From IMG/VR virus record IMGVR_UViG_3300025012_000047, positions 35,171-99,170 of that record: 64,000 nt of DNA; one strand, given 5' to 3'. Under the pieces are notes generated by a model, which was not told the DNA's origin, did not search any database, and saw nothing but the letters and a program-made list of their open reading frames with translations. Source of the stretch: a virus. Shown here in pieces: positions 9,549 to 20,308 of the stretch. The first letter of the stretch is position 1. Each line of letters opens with the position of its first letter. A program made the position numbers and the translations under genes.

Positions 9549-10739
9549 ATGTTACTAACAAAAGAAGTAGAGGTTACTTGTCTGTCAAATAATAAGAAAT
9601 ATATTGAAAGTTTAGGTCATAAGTGGAAATACAAAAAGATTTTTACTATCGATGTTCATAAATTATTAGATGGTAGCAATGCACCAATCCAATGTTTATG
9701 TGATTATTGCTTAGAAGAAGGAATAGAAACAGTTATATCTAAACCATATTATAAATATACAAAGAGTCATAAAAATCAACCTATAATAAAAGACGCATGT
9801 GATAAATGCAGGCATAAGAAACAAGAAGAATTATGCTTAATTAAAAATGGAGTCAGGTATAGCCCACAGATAAAAGGTGTAGGTAGCAAAATTGCAGTTG
9901 CTAAAACTAAATATAATATTAATGGAATAGATGAAGAGTTCAAAGAAAGAGACTTAGTATTATTAACTAAAACTTATAAAAATGCAGAATCATATATGGA
10001 ATTCATTTGTAACAAACATATAGATAAAGGTGTTCAGTCTATAAGATATGGAAATTTCAAATATAAAGATCAAGATTGCAAATATTGTTCTTGGGACAAA
10101 TTAAGCAAAGATAAACGAAGAGATTTTAGTGAAGTTCAAGATTTATTTAAAGATAAAAAAGTAATTCTTCTATCAAAAGAAGAAGATTATATTAATAATC
10201 AATCACCATTGGAATATGAATGTCCAATACATAAGGGAATAATTCAAACAAAAACATATGAGGCAATGCTTCATTCTTATGGTTGTAATCTATGTAGTTA
10301 TGATATGCATAAAGGAGAAAATAACCCAATGTGGAAGGGTGGTTTCTCTGAGATAAATTCAATTTTAAGAGATTCTATTGCAGAATGGAAGAAAGAATCG
10401 ATGATAGCATCAAATTATAAATGTGTTGTAACAAATAAACGATTTGATGTAATTCATCATTTATATGGATTTGATAAAATATTTAATGATATATTTGATA
10501 ACTTAAATATTGAAAAAAGAAGATTTATTAATGAATATTCGGACGAAGAATTAGTATTGATTAGAAATGAATGTAGTAGATTACATAAAATTCATGGTGT
10601 CGGAGTTTGTTTAACTGGTGATATTCATGCACTTTTCCACAAAATTTATGGGTATGGTGAAAATAATATAGAACAATTTAATGAATTTAAGGAAAATTAT
10701 ATTAGTGGTAAATATAAATATTTAGAAGAAGTTGGTTAA
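9549..10739 (+). CDS. Homing-endonuclease-like protein, Zn ribbons plus C-terminal HNH-like domain
   Basis: N-terminal NKKY..LG....CDYC domain, CNKH/CPIH ribbons, GENNPMWKGG, and CVVT..VIHHLY..GVCLT..IH..FH..YG. Confidence 0.75.
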   Translation: MLLTKEVEVTCLSNNKKYIESLGHKWKYKKIFTIDVHKLLDGSNAPIQCLCDYCLEEGIETVISKPYYKYTKSHKNQPIIKDACDKCRHKKQEELCLIKNGVRYSPQIKGVGSKIAVAKTKYNINGIDEEFKERDLVLLTKTYKNAESYMEFICNKHIDKGVQSIRYGNFKYKDQDCKYCSWDKLSKDKRRDFSEVQDLFKDKKVILLSKEEDYINNQSPLEYECPIHKGIIQTKTYEAMLHSYGCNLCSYDMHKGENNPMWKGGFSEINSILRDSIAEWKKESMIASNYKCVVTNKRFDVIHHLYGFDKIFNDIFDNLNIEKRRFINEYSDEELVLIRNECSRLHKIHGVGVCLTGDIHALFHKIYGYGENNIEQFNEFKENYISGKYKYLEEVG

Positions 10740-10773
10740 ATATCAACTTCTTCTATTAAGGAGTCAATTAAAT

Positions 10774-11616
10774 ATGGTAACTACTCAAAAATCTAAAACA
10801 AAAGTAAAAATTAAACGTAATGAAATTACTTGTACTAAATGTGGATTAATTAAATCTATAAATATAAGTAATTTTTTTAAGACAGATAACCCTTTGTATA
10901 GTGAATTTTTCCCAACGTGTAAGGATTGTATTTATGAATTATATAACGCACATATACAAAATGGTTCTGATATTAGAAATGCTACTATACAGATTTGCGA
11001 ATTATTAGATAGACCGTACATTGAAGATGTATTTTTTACAACATATGAAAAAGAAAAAGACAGTATTAAAATTTTAGGTTTGTATCTTAAAAATTCATCC
11101 ATGCAACAGTGGAAAAAACAAGGAATTATAAGATATAAAGATAGTATATTTGCTAAAAACACCTCACAGGGGATGCAATTAGTATTTGAAGATCAAACAA
11201 GAATATATAGCGAAGAGTGGAACGGGAGATATACCCAAACAGATATAAATTATCTTAATCAATATCTTACGGGACTACATTCTGATTTTAAAATTAACAC
11301 AACTAGTTATAAAGATTATGCAAAGAAAATTTGTTGTGCTAGTTTAGCTGTAAATAAAGCTTATCAAGATATGTTAGATGGTGTAAACGGAGCAGATAAA
11401 AAATATAAAGATTTACAATCAACTTTTGATACTCTATCGAAATCTGCTCAATTTAGTGAGAATTCTAGATCAAGTATGAGTGCAGGTATCAATAGTATTA
11501 GTCAAGTTGTTGATAAAATTGAAAGTAAAGAGTGGATATATGAAGCAGAAGAATATGAAAAAGATGCTATTGAACATTTATTAGATCAATTTAATAACAT
11601 CCAGAAATCTTTGTAG
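10774..11616 (+). CDS. Putative terminase small subunit (SPbeta YonG-like)
   Basis: Directly upstream of TerL; N-terminal CxxC..CxxC; EEWNGRYT..D..YL motif; AAGGAG RBS. Confidence 0.6.
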   Translation: MVTTQKSKTKVKIKRNEITCTKCGLIKSINISNFFKTDNPLYSEFFPTCKDCIYELYNAHIQNGSDIRNATIQICELLDRPYIEDVFFTTYEKEKDSIKILGLYLKNSSMQQWKKQGIIRYKDSIFAKNTSQGMQLVFEDQTRIYSEEWNGRYTQTDINYLNQYLTGLHSDFKINTTSYKDYAKKICCASLAVNKAYQDMLDGVNGADKKYKDLQSTFDTLSKSAQFSENSRSSMSAGINSISQVVDKIESKEWIYEAEEYEKDAIEHLLDQFNNIQKSL

Positions 11617-11624
11617 GTGATATA

Positions 11625-13361
11625 ATGGCAGTATTTAAAAACTTTAGTAAGAAAAGTAGACATATAAAAGATGGTGATTATGATAATTTAGACAGTAGTT
11701 TTAGTTATGATCCAATTATAGGAGAAGGGGAAAATTTAAATGATGAAGAATGGAAGAAATTCATTGCATATTATAGAATTCATATCGACAAATTTTGTAT
11801 TGAAATTCTATGCTTAAAGCTTCATTTTTTTCAACGATTGATACTAAGAGCAATGGCAAGATATCAATATATAATGCTTATCTGTTGTCGTGGTCTTGGA
11901 AAATCTTGGATAGTGGCTTTATTTTTTGTTTGCTCTTGTATTCTTCACAAGGGGTTAAAATGTGGTATAGCTTCAGGGCAAGGACAACAGGCTAGGAACG
12001 TAATTATTCAAAAAATTAAAGGAGAATTAGCTAACAATCCAAATATAGCAAGAGAAATAATATTCCCAATTAGTGTTTCTTCGGACAATTGTGTTGTAAA
12101 TTTTAGAAATGGTAGTGAAATTAGAGCTATCGTATTGGGAAGAAATCAAGGTGACGGAGCTAGAAGTTGGAGATTCCATTATTTGGCAATTGACGAAGCT
12201 AGGCTCGTGCCAGATAGTATAATATCAACCATCTTAATACCGATGACAAAAACTAAAAGACCAGTTGCAATTGAACATATGCAACCAGAAAAAGGCAAAG
12301 TAATTTTTATATCTTCAGCTTTTTTAAAAACAAGCGATTTGTATAAAAGATTTACTTATTTTGCTGATAAAATGAAAGAAGGTAATAAAAATTATTTTGT
12401 TTGTGCGTTAGATTATAAGGTTGGAATTGAAGCTATGATATTTGATGCAGAAGATATTGAGGAAGAAAGAAGTAAGCCAGACACAACTGAAGAAATTTTT
12501 CTTTATGAGTATTGTGGACAGTTCGTAGGTTCTAGTGGTGAAAGTTATTATCCTTATGAAATAACATACCCATGTAGAATATTAGATCAGTGTGAATTAA
12601 TTCAACCAAAAAAGAGTAAAAGTCAATATGTAATTGTACATGACGTTGCTTTATCTAATGCTAAAAACTCTGATAATGCATGTACCCATGTGATTAAACT
12701 TAAAGAAAAAGCCAATGGTACATATTTTAAAGACGTTGTTTATACAAAAACTCATAATGGAGCAACTCTTCCAGAACAAAGAGATTTCTTAAGAGAATTA
12801 TATCATCTTAAATTTCCTAATGCAATAAAAATAATTATTGATATGCGTGGAAACGGAGAACCTTTGCCTTCACTTTTTTATGAAGCTTGGGAATATAGAG
12901 ATGAAAAAACAAAAGAAACGATTGAATTTCCCCCATTAGTTTTAGATGATGATGATAAAGGTAAAGAAATAAAAAATTCTCTACCTATAATTAGAGGAAT
13001 CACAGCGACTCAAAGTAGTAATAATACAATGTATACTTATCTTAAAGCGTCTTTTGAGAATAATTCTTTAAGATTATTAAAACATTCTACAGAGGTAGAC
13101 GAAGAATACAAAAATGATCAAATAACAGTTGAAGAATATTCTATGTTTGTTCAGACAGATTTATTGATTCAGGAGTTATCTAATATCAAACAAATTTTAA
13201 GTGGCAATAATAATATAATTTATGATCGTATTGTAAAAACCCATAAACGCGATAGAGCAACAAGTTTGGCTTATGGTTTGTCAGTAATTAATGAAATGGA
13301 AGAATATAATAGAAAAAATCAAACAGATGATGACTACGATTTCGTATTTACTTATTCATAA
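11625..13361 (+). CDS. terL: Terminase large subunit
   Basis: LHFFQ, Walker A CRGLGKS, Walker B LAIDEAR, and nuclease motifs HDVA, IDMRGNG and KRDRATS. Confidence 0.93.
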   Translation: MAVFKNFSKKSRHIKDGDYDNLDSSFSYDPIIGEGENLNDEEWKKFIAYYRIHIDKFCIEILCLKLHFFQRLILRAMARYQYIMLICCRGLGKSWIVALFFVCSCILHKGLKCGIASGQGQQARNVIIQKIKGELANNPNIAREIIFPISVSSDNCVVNFRNGSEIRAIVLGRNQGDGARSWRFHYLAIDEARLVPDSIISTILIPMTKTKRPVAIEHMQPEKGKVIFISSAFLKTSDLYKRFTYFADKMKEGNKNYFVCALDYKVGIEAMIFDAEDIEEERSKPDTTEEIFLYEYCGQFVGSSGESYYPYEITYPCRILDQCELIQPKKSKSQYVIVHDVALSNAKNSDNACTHVIKLKEKANGTYFKDVVYTKTHNGATLPEQRDFLRELYHLKFPNAIKIIIDMRGNGEPLPSLFYEAWEYRDEKTKETIEFPPLVLDDDDKGKEIKNSLPIIRGITATQSSNNTMYTYLKASFENNSLRLLKHSTEVDEEYKNDQITVEEYSMFVQTDLLIQELSNIKQILSGNNNIIYDRIVKTHKRDRATSLAYGLSVINEMEEYNRKNQTDDDYDFVFTYS

Positions 13362-13618
13362 ATAATTCTGATGAAGATATGGAAATGGAAAATTATTAAG
13401 TTTCCTTGAATGAGAATTTTGATTCCAATTTAATAAGAAAGGAATTGTGATATGACAAGAACTATAGATTACGCCAAATGTCCTAAATGTGGTAAGAAAT
13501 TTGAAATGGGATTCAATAATTATTAATTATGGATGGATTGGTTTATTGGAGGTATTAGGTTATGAAGTTGAAATAAAATGTATTTCTGATGAATATTATA
13601 AAGAAAGGAGGTTTCTTC

Positions 13619-15208
13619 TTGGAGGAGGAATATAATAATATATCGCCACTTAAACTTGAAACTTCTCATGCAATTGAATTGAATTCAATGTCTTTAACCA
13701 CATATATGTTTCAAGAAGCATTAACGACTGGCATCTCACTTGAACAGCTAAAACTTTATTGTAAATATCCAATGAGATATAATATGCAATTACGTAAATT
13801 AAGTAGAGAAATGTATGGAATGAATGGAATTATGTCGAATACAACAGATTATTATGTATCTATTGCGTCATTAGATAAAATTACAACATGCTATGATAAT
13901 ACAACTCAAAATCAAAAAAGAAGAAAATTATATGATTTAATGACAGATAAAATTAATCATAAATTAACTTCTAGAGATATTTTACTTAGACTTTGTATAG
14001 ACGGAATGTATGTAGGGTTTATGAGAAATTCCAAAGCATCTAATAAAGATGCAGTAATTCAACAAGGATTGGTTGACAGTATGCAGATTCTTGAAGGATT
14101 GTCTATGGATGATTCCATGATGATTCAACCATTAAATTTAGATTATTGCAGAATATTGGGTTTTCAAAATAATGATTATGTCGTTGGTTTTGATATGCTA
14201 TATTTTAATGCTTTTGTTGGTAATGATTTATTAGGTGAAATTAAAAACTTCCCACCTGAATTTGTAAAGGCATATTTAGATTATAAAAAAGATGGCAGTA
14301 AAAGATGGTTTAAATTAGATCAATCTAAAACTGTTGTTTTAAAAATAAAAAGTAATATTGATGAACCATTTGGTAGAGGGTTGGCTGTTGCTGCTTTGTC
14401 AGATATGTTTTTCTCTGATCAATATACTGATAGTCAAAGAGCAAATATTATTGAAAATGCTGGAACTATAAGGTGGCTCAAACAACCAAGTGGTGAAAAA
14501 CAAGGAACTTGTGCATTAAATAAAGATGCACAGCAAAATCAATATGATAATTTTAAGAATGCAGTTTCATCTAATTCATCTGGAAGTGATAGAAGAATTG
14601 GAAAGACCACTACTTTAGTTTTAGCTCCTGGGACTGAAGTTGGAAAACTTGAAACAAATACTAATGATACAATAAATACCTTAACTGATGAGAATATGAA
14701 AAGAATTTCAACTGATTTAGGGTTTGCTTCTGGAGCATTAAATGGTGAAGGGAATGCTACATATAGTAGTTTGCAAGTTAATATCGACCTAGTATTGACA
14801 CAAATTTATCAATGGTTAGAACAAATTTCATGGCAATATACTAAAGTATTTAATAATCTAATTAATTCTAAAGGCAAAGATATAATTAAATTTATATATT
14901 TAAAAACATCTTCATTGAATAAGAAAAATGAATATGATATTGCCAAAGAAATGTTTACGTTAGCAAGTGGAAGTAGATTATGGTTGTATGCTGTTGGTAG
15001 TGGCGATATAGATACATATATGTCATTAATGGAATATGAGAAGGTAATGGATATGGATGCCCTCTATCCTCCCCACTTAACTAGTTTTACCTCAAATAAT
15101 GAAACTGGAGATAAAGGTGGAAGACCATCTGGTGATTCGCAGAATACCAATACTCAAAAATCGAAATCAGCTAATACTAATAAAACACCAAAACCATCAA
15201 CCAAATAA
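13619..15208 (+). CDS. Portal protein
   Basis: Follows TerL, about 530 aa, EPFGRGL and ISTDLGF motifs, basic tail GGRPS; AGGAGG plus TTG 13619. Confidence 0.8.
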   Translation: MEEEYNNISPLKLETSHAIELNSMSLTTYMFQEALTTGISLEQLKLYCKYPMRYNMQLRKLSREMYGMNGIMSNTTDYYVSIASLDKITTCYDNTTQNQKRRKLYDLMTDKINHKLTSRDILLRLCIDGMYVGFMRNSKASNKDAVIQQGLVDSMQILEGLSMDDSMMIQPLNLDYCRILGFQNNDYVVGFDMLYFNAFVGNDLLGEIKNFPPEFVKAYLDYKKDGSKRWFKLDQSKTVVLKIKSNIDEPFGRGLAVAALSDMFFSDQYTDSQRANIIENAGTIRWLKQPSGEKQGTCALNKDAQQNQYDNFKNAVSSNSSGSDRRIGKTTTLVLAPGTEVGKLETNTNDTINTLTDENMKRISTDLGFASGALNGEGNATYSSLQVNIDLVLTQIYQWLEQISWQYTKVFNNLINSKGKDIIKFIYLKTSSLNKKNEYDIAKEMFTLASGSRLWLYAVGSGDIDTYMSLMEYEKVMDMDALYPPHLTSFTSNNETGDKGGRPSGDSQNTNTQKSKSANTNKTPKPSTK

Positions 15209-15246
15209 TCAATAATCATTCATTTAAAGGAGGTGAAAAAGAAAGA

Positions 15247-16887
15247 ATGGGACGTATAATCGAGATTTCTAAAAAAGACTCTGTAGCAGGTCGTGCGAAT
15301 GTAAAATTTGTACTTCATGAAATCTATAATAATGATACAGAGTTTAATAAAAACGGCATAAGTTGGCAACAGCCATATGTAGAACAAAATTCACATACAG
15401 TCCGTGGAATGCCTCTGGTTACTCAGTTTTTAGATGATGAAAAAACAATTCCTTTTGGTGGTCATGGAGAAATGAATGTAAGTGAAGGGATTGTAACTTT
15501 TGAAAATAGCCTTGTTGTTGGTTCTTTTGAAAACGCTTATATAGGAGAAGTTGAGGTTAACAATAAAAAAATAAATGCTCTTATTGGAGAAGCGTATGTT
15601 TACGAACAAAGATTCCCTCATCTTGTGGAATATATGAGAGAAGAATTTGAAAATGGACGTGCTGTTGAAAGTTCAATTGAAATATGTGCTAAAAAAGCTG
15701 ATGGCAATGATCAAATTATATATGCTACAGGTTATAAACCACAAGGGAGAATTCCTGAGAATTATGACTACAGTGGTCATGCAATTCTTATAGGGCAAAC
15801 ACCATCTGATGATTCTGCTTTAATGATTGAATTAAATCATTATAAAGAAGAAAATAAAATAGTTGATGATATTCCAATAGAAGTTCCAAATCTACCAGAT
15901 ATTTCAATAGAACAAAATGCTATAAACATTATCATAGAAGATGAGGTGAAAGAAGAATTGAGTAAACAAGTAAAAGAAAAAGTAATTGTAAAATCTAAAT
16001 CTTTCGAAATCAATGAATTGAGTTATGATGATATAGCAACTATCATTTCAAGGGCTTTTAATGCTGCAATGTCAATGAAAGAACCTAATGAATATTGCTA
16101 TTATTATATGTACAAATTTTATCCACAGAGTCAAACAATTATTATGACTGACTATAATACTCCATCTGAATATTATAAAACATCATACAATATTACCAAC
16201 AATGATGTCACCATCGGGGATATCGTGGAAGTAGAGCAAGCATGGACTCCTCTCAATGATGAACCTTCTGTAGAAGTTAATTCATCATTGATTAAGGATA
16301 TATTATCAAAAAAGAAAGACAAAGGAGGAAAAGAAAAAATGGATGAAAAACAAATTGCTGAAATCAATGCAAAATTAGATGATTTAACAGCAAGACTAAC
16401 TGACTCAGATTCTAAAATTGTAGAGTCTAATACTAAAATTGATGAATTGAATTCCACTGTTACTGAATTAAATAGTACGATAGTTGAAGCAAATAAAACA
16501 ATCGAAGCAAAAGCTACCGAACTTAATTCTATGACTGAAGAATTAAATTCTTTAAAGGCGTTTAAGGAAGCAAAAGACATCGAAGCAAAAGAGGCAGAAG
16601 TACAGGCAAAAATAACAGAAATTAATACATATTTTGAAGTAGAGATTAAGAAAAATGGGTTTAGTGAAGTAGAACTTAATTCTTTAAAAACTGAATATGT
16701 AGAAAAGAATGATATGGAGGGACTTAAAGCAAAAGAAGCAGAATTATGTGTCAAAAGAGTTAAGGAATTAAATTCTTTGAAAACCAACGTGGATATTGAA
16801 TTGAATGCAAAAAACGACACTACTGATCTATTTATGGCGATCCATAACACTGAAAAATCCGAAGAAGATATTTCGGATTTATTTTAA
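15247..16887 (+). CDS. Prohead protease/scaffold (SPbeta YonD-like)
   Basis: N-terminal FNKNG..GHG..SSIEI..YSGHAIL domain and C-terminal coiled coil; lies between portal and capsid. Confidence 0.75.
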   Translation: MGRIIEISKKDSVAGRANVKFVLHEIYNNDTEFNKNGISWQQPYVEQNSHTVRGMPLVTQFLDDEKTIPFGGHGEMNVSEGIVTFENSLVVGSFENAYIGEVEVNNKKINALIGEAYVYEQRFPHLVEYMREEFENGRAVESSIEICAKKADGNDQIIYATGYKPQGRIPENYDYSGHAILIGQTPSDDSALMIELNHYKEENKIVDDIPIEVPNLPDISIEQNAINIIIEDEVKEELSKQVKEKVIVKSKSFEINELSYDDIATIISRAFNAAMSMKEPNEYCYYYMYKFYPQSQTIIMTDYNTPSEYYKTSYNITNNDVTIGDIVEVEQAWTPLNDEPSVEVNSSLIKDILSKKKDKGGKEKMDEKQIAEINAKLDDLTARLTDSDSKIVESNTKIDELNSTVTELNSTIVEANKTIEAKATELNSMTEELNSLKAFKEAKDIEAKEAEVQAKITEINTYFEVEIKKNGFSEVELNSLKTEYVEKNDMEGLKAKEAELCVKRVKELNSLKTNVDIELNAKNDTTDLFMAIHNTEKSEEDISDLF

Positions 16888-16921
16888 TTTAACAAAAAAT
16901 AAGAAATAGGAGGAATTAATA

Positions 16922-17746
16922 ATGAGCTTATTTAAATTTGGAAGTCTCGGAGCATCCATGAACACAGTTAATAACCCTAGAGTCCAAGCAACTGCTGCTA
17001 CAAAAAATGGTTATGTCTTTAAAATTACCGATAATTATACTTCTGGTGGAAGTAAATCTAAAGTAGTTATTGTAGTAGGATCTGACACTATTGCAGATGG
17101 AGTAGTACAATTTAATATTGGTGGTCAAAATATTTATACCACTATTGTAGCCTTAACACAAGATACTGATGCAAAAGTTGCTGCATTAATAAAAACTAAT
17201 TGCGATGCAGTTTTACTTGGATTGGGATATACAGTAGCAATTGACACAGCAACACTTACAATTACTGCACCAGCAGTTGGATCTTCTACCTCAGTTGTTC
17301 TTTTAGATAATATCAGTGTGGCAGACAGCACCGTTACTCTTACGCCTACTTATACTGCTGGAACTGATGCTACAGCTTATAAAGAAGCAGCAGTACCTTC
17401 TGCCAACGATGCTGGTGCAAAAGCTGATAAACTTTATGTAGCAATGAATATCATTGATACACCTGAATTGTGGAATCAAGCAGATTTTGTCATTCCTGCT
17501 GGAAGTTATATCAGGGCATTTAATCTTAATGATTTGGTAGGTTATCCTGTTGAATTGTCAAGTGACTTGGTAACAACTGCTTATGGTAGTGTTGCTGTTG
17601 GAGAATTTTTAGTTCCTGTTCCCGCTGGAGCAAATGCAATGATGTGGAAAAAAGCGACAGACACTGGATACGCTTGCGTCTTAAAAGTGATAGAGAAAAC
17701 TACTTTTGGTGGGACTGGGTTATACTGTAAAATTACAAACAACTAA
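16922..17746 (+). CDS. Capsid decoration/cement protein with inserted domain
   Basis: Immediately upstream of the major capsid gene; small beta-rich protein with a ~115-aa Ala/Thr/Val-rich internal segment. Confidence 0.6.
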   Translation: MSLFKFGSLGASMNTVNNPRVQATAATKNGYVFKITDNYTSGGSKSKVVIVVGSDTIADGVVQFNIGGQNIYTTIVALTQDTDAKVAALIKTNCDAVLLGLGYTVAIDTATLTITAPAVGSSTSVVLLDNISVADSTVTLTPTYTAGTDATAYKEAAVPSANDAGAKADKLYVAMNIIDTPELWNQADFVIPAGSYIRAFNLNDLVGYPVELSSDLVTTAYGSVAVGEFLVPVPAGANAMMWKKATDTGYACVLKVIEKTTFGGTGLYCKITNN

Positions 17747-17777
17747 TAAATAATATTTAGAAGGAGGATTAATAATA

Positions 17778-18899
17778 ATGAGTAACAATGTTTTAGGATT
17801 AGAGAATTTTACACCAAGTGTTGAATTGAATAACATTCAACCTGAACATAAATATACAGAAAAATCACCTATTATTGAGATTTTTAGTGCAATGGTTAAG
17901 GGCGAAGATACTGGTAGATTTGGAGATAAGGCTAATAAGGCGAATGCTTATATTAAGAAATTGGGTGCTGATGCGCTTGCGGGTGATGGTAGAGCGAAGG
18001 TAGAGTTGAATACGATTACCAGTATTATGATTCAAGCACCGTTGTTACAACGCTTAAATTTATTTAACTTTATGGGAAACGTAACAAGTGTTGGATTTAA
18101 TGAGCGTTTGCTTTATAAAGTATATAAATTACAAGGCAAAATGTCTGGGTTGCAAGCTAATCAAGGTGATGTGCCGTTCGCAACTTCCACTTGGAATTAT
18201 CGTGAAATGACTACTAAAACTATTTCAGGAGGTACAAGTTTAAATTATAGAGAATTAAGTACGGGAAACCCTGATTCCCTTGCCCCTCTCATGGAACAGG
18301 TTTTGACAGATATGCAAAATAAAATTTTCTATTCTGTAATGAATGCTCTTTATAGTGGAGTAAAAAATGCTACAGGAATTAAAAATTTTACAGAAGCAGC
18401 AGGATTAACAAAAGCATCTGTTCAAGACATGATAAAAACGATTCGCAGATGGGGAAAAGTTGGTATTTTCGGGGATTACAGTGTAGTTTCTCAAATCAAT
18501 GATATGACGGGATTCAATACTGACACTGCAGGAGTCCTTGCAAAACAACTTCCTATATCCGTAATTGAAGAAATTATGAAAACTGGTTTGATCTCTTCAT
18601 TTTATAATACGATCATCACTGAAATTCCAAATAGTTATAATTTACTAAAATTAAATTCTGCTGGCACAATGTATGATACTTATTTGCCTGAAGGACTTCT
18701 TTTCTTCTTGGTATCAGGAGAGCAAAGTTGCCTTCAAATTGGATATCGCGGTGGACTACAAAGTGCGACAGGATTTGATGTAATTACAGGACAAAATATG
18801 ACACGTTTCGACCTAGAATTTGGCACAGAAATTATACCTGAATATATCCCACAAATGGGTATAATTTCTGACTCTAATTTCCCTGTCGATAAACTGTAA
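17778..18899 (+). CDS. Major capsid protein (SPbeta YonB-like)
   Basis: 373 aa, strong RBS, head-module position, and QANQGDVPF, GIFGDYSVVSQI and TRFDLEFG motifs. Confidence 0.85.
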   Translation: MSNNVLGLENFTPSVELNNIQPEHKYTEKSPIIEIFSAMVKGEDTGRFGDKANKANAYIKKLGADALAGDGRAKVELNTITSIMIQAPLLQRLNLFNFMGNVTSVGFNERLLYKVYKLQGKMSGLQANQGDVPFATSTWNYREMTTKTISGGTSLNYRELSTGNPDSLAPLMEQVLTDMQNKIFYSVMNALYSGVKNATGIKNFTEAAGLTKASVQDMIKTIRRWGKVGIFGDYSVVSQINDMTGFNTDTAGVLAKQLPISVIEEIMKTGLISSFYNTIITEIPNSYNLLKLNSAGTMYDTYLPEGLLFFLVSGEQSCLQIGYRGGLQSATGFDVITGQNMTRFDLEFGTEIIPEYIPQMGIISDSNFPVDKL

Positions 18900-18931
18900 T
18901 TAAATATTCAATCTTAAATTTAAATATCTAG

Positions 18932-18990
18932 AGGAAGGTAAGAAAATCATGAATATTATTGAAAATAAACAATCTTACCTTCCTTTATTT
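18932..18990 (+). terminator. Stem-loop after the capsid gene
   Basis: AGGAAGGTAAGA/TCTTACCTTCCT followed by a T-rich tract. Confidence 0.55.
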
Positions 18991-19060
18991 TTATATTTAA
19001 TTTATTAAGTTATTCAATTAACAATTAAAAAATTTAAGGAATAAATGGAGGAATAAAATA

Positions 19061-19606
19061 ATGGCGGTAAAACCAACAGAAACAAAAACAGAGGAACAAA
19101 TTAGTATAGAACAACAATCCAATCAGCAACAACACACTTATACTCCACCACTCATGGATTCATATTCAAGTTTACAAAATCTTGCTGATAATGATATTTA
19201 TTTTTCTTTAGTTCAAGGTGGTGACTTATCAATTAAAGCAAATGGATACTTAGACCTACTTAATCGAGATATTGTTTCTCTTCGCAACAATTCAAATATC
19301 TTTTTTGTAGGAACAGGGAATGGAGCAAATGCTCGAATTTACATTCAAAATCCTGATCTTCGTATTTATGTAGGTTTTGATTCAGCAGATGGAAAAGTAA
19401 AACAACAAGTCTTAACTGATGAACTATGTCAAGAAATATTGGATTCAAAAAGTCAAAAACAATTCGAAAAACTTGTTAACGAAAAAGTTGTTTCTTATCA
19501 TGAAAAAGTAAGAATTATGAATTATGCTAAGAAAGTAAAACTTGATAGTTTTGAAAAAATTACTTTTCTTGAAGAACATTCTGGCAAAAAATTTAAAGAA
19601 ATTTAA
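19061..19606 (+). CDS. Head-module protein (SPbeta YonA-like position)
   Basis: GGAGG RBS; follows the capsid gene; FVGTGNGANARIYI motif. Confidence 0.6.
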   Translation: MAVKPTETKTEEQISIEQQSNQQQHTYTPPLMDSYSSLQNLADNDIYFSLVQGGDLSIKANGYLDLLNRDIVSLRNNSNIFFVGTGNGANARIYIQNPDLRIYVGFDSADGKVKQQVLTDELCQEILDSKSQKQFEKLVNEKVVSYHEKVRIMNYAKKVKLDSFEKITFLEEHSGKKFKEI

Positions 19607-19618
19607 GGGGGTTAAAAT

Positions 19619-20053
19619 ATGTCTACCCCTACAACGCTACAAACGGTATATAATTTATTTTTATCTAAATCAGATGAAGATTTTACCGGGAAAGAATCAT
19701 TGATTTTTCAATGGTTAAATTCAGCAATATCTAAATGCAAAAAATACGTAAGAAATTCTTTAGATTATACATTGGACACTCCTATAGTTCCTGCAATTGT
19801 GTCATATGATGGAAGTTTTGTTAATACTCTTGAAGATGACGAAATAGAACTAATTGCAATGCAAATGCAATATGAAAATTATAATAAGAAAGAAGCATAT
19901 TTAGTTGCTTTGAAAACTCGTATAGGAACAAAAGATTTTAATTCTCTTCCGAGTAAAAAACAAGAATTAGATGGTATTCAAAATTCTAAGAATTTACTAA
20001 AAGAAGATATTAAAGAATTGCAACAAGAATTTAATACGTATAAGTATTCTTGA
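19619..20053 (+). CDS. Putative head-tail adaptor
   Basis: T...VYNLFLSK..LEDDEIELIA..M; position. Confidence 0.6.
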   Translation: MSTPTTLQTVYNLFLSKSDEDFTGKESLIFQWLNSAISKCKKYVRNSLDYTLDTPIVPAIVSYDGSFVNTLEDDEIELIAMQMQYENYNKKEAYLVALKTRIGTKDFNSLPSKKQELDGIQNSKNLLKEDIKELQQEFNTYKYS

Positions 20054-20065
20054 GGAAGTGATTAA

Positions 20066-20308
20066 TTGAAGAATCAAATAATAATTAAAAATTCATTAGG
20101 AGAAATGGATATTAATTTTTGGGCAGAGAAAGAGTATCGAAGAGTTGTATTAATAATGAAACTTATAGAAGATACTTTTTCAGTTGATTTAAATAAATAT
20201 CCTGAACTAAGAAAATCAATTCTTGATACAGGAAATTTTATACGTAGACTTCCTTCAACTATTTCAGAAATTATTGAAGTAAAAGATGATAGAAGTGATA
20301 GTAAATGA
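20066..20308 (+). CDS. Hypothetical phage protein
   Basis: GAGG RBS; translationally coupled to neighbouring genes. Confidence 0.6.
   Translation: MKNQIIIKNSLGEMDINFWAEKEYRRVVLIMKLIEDTFSVDLNKYPELRKSILDTGNFIRRLPSTISEIIEVKDDRSDSK

Noticed and set aside
13452-13526. Short CPKC-containing ORF between terL and portal
   Set aside because: Only 24 codons; probably a relic and cannot be supported as a gene.
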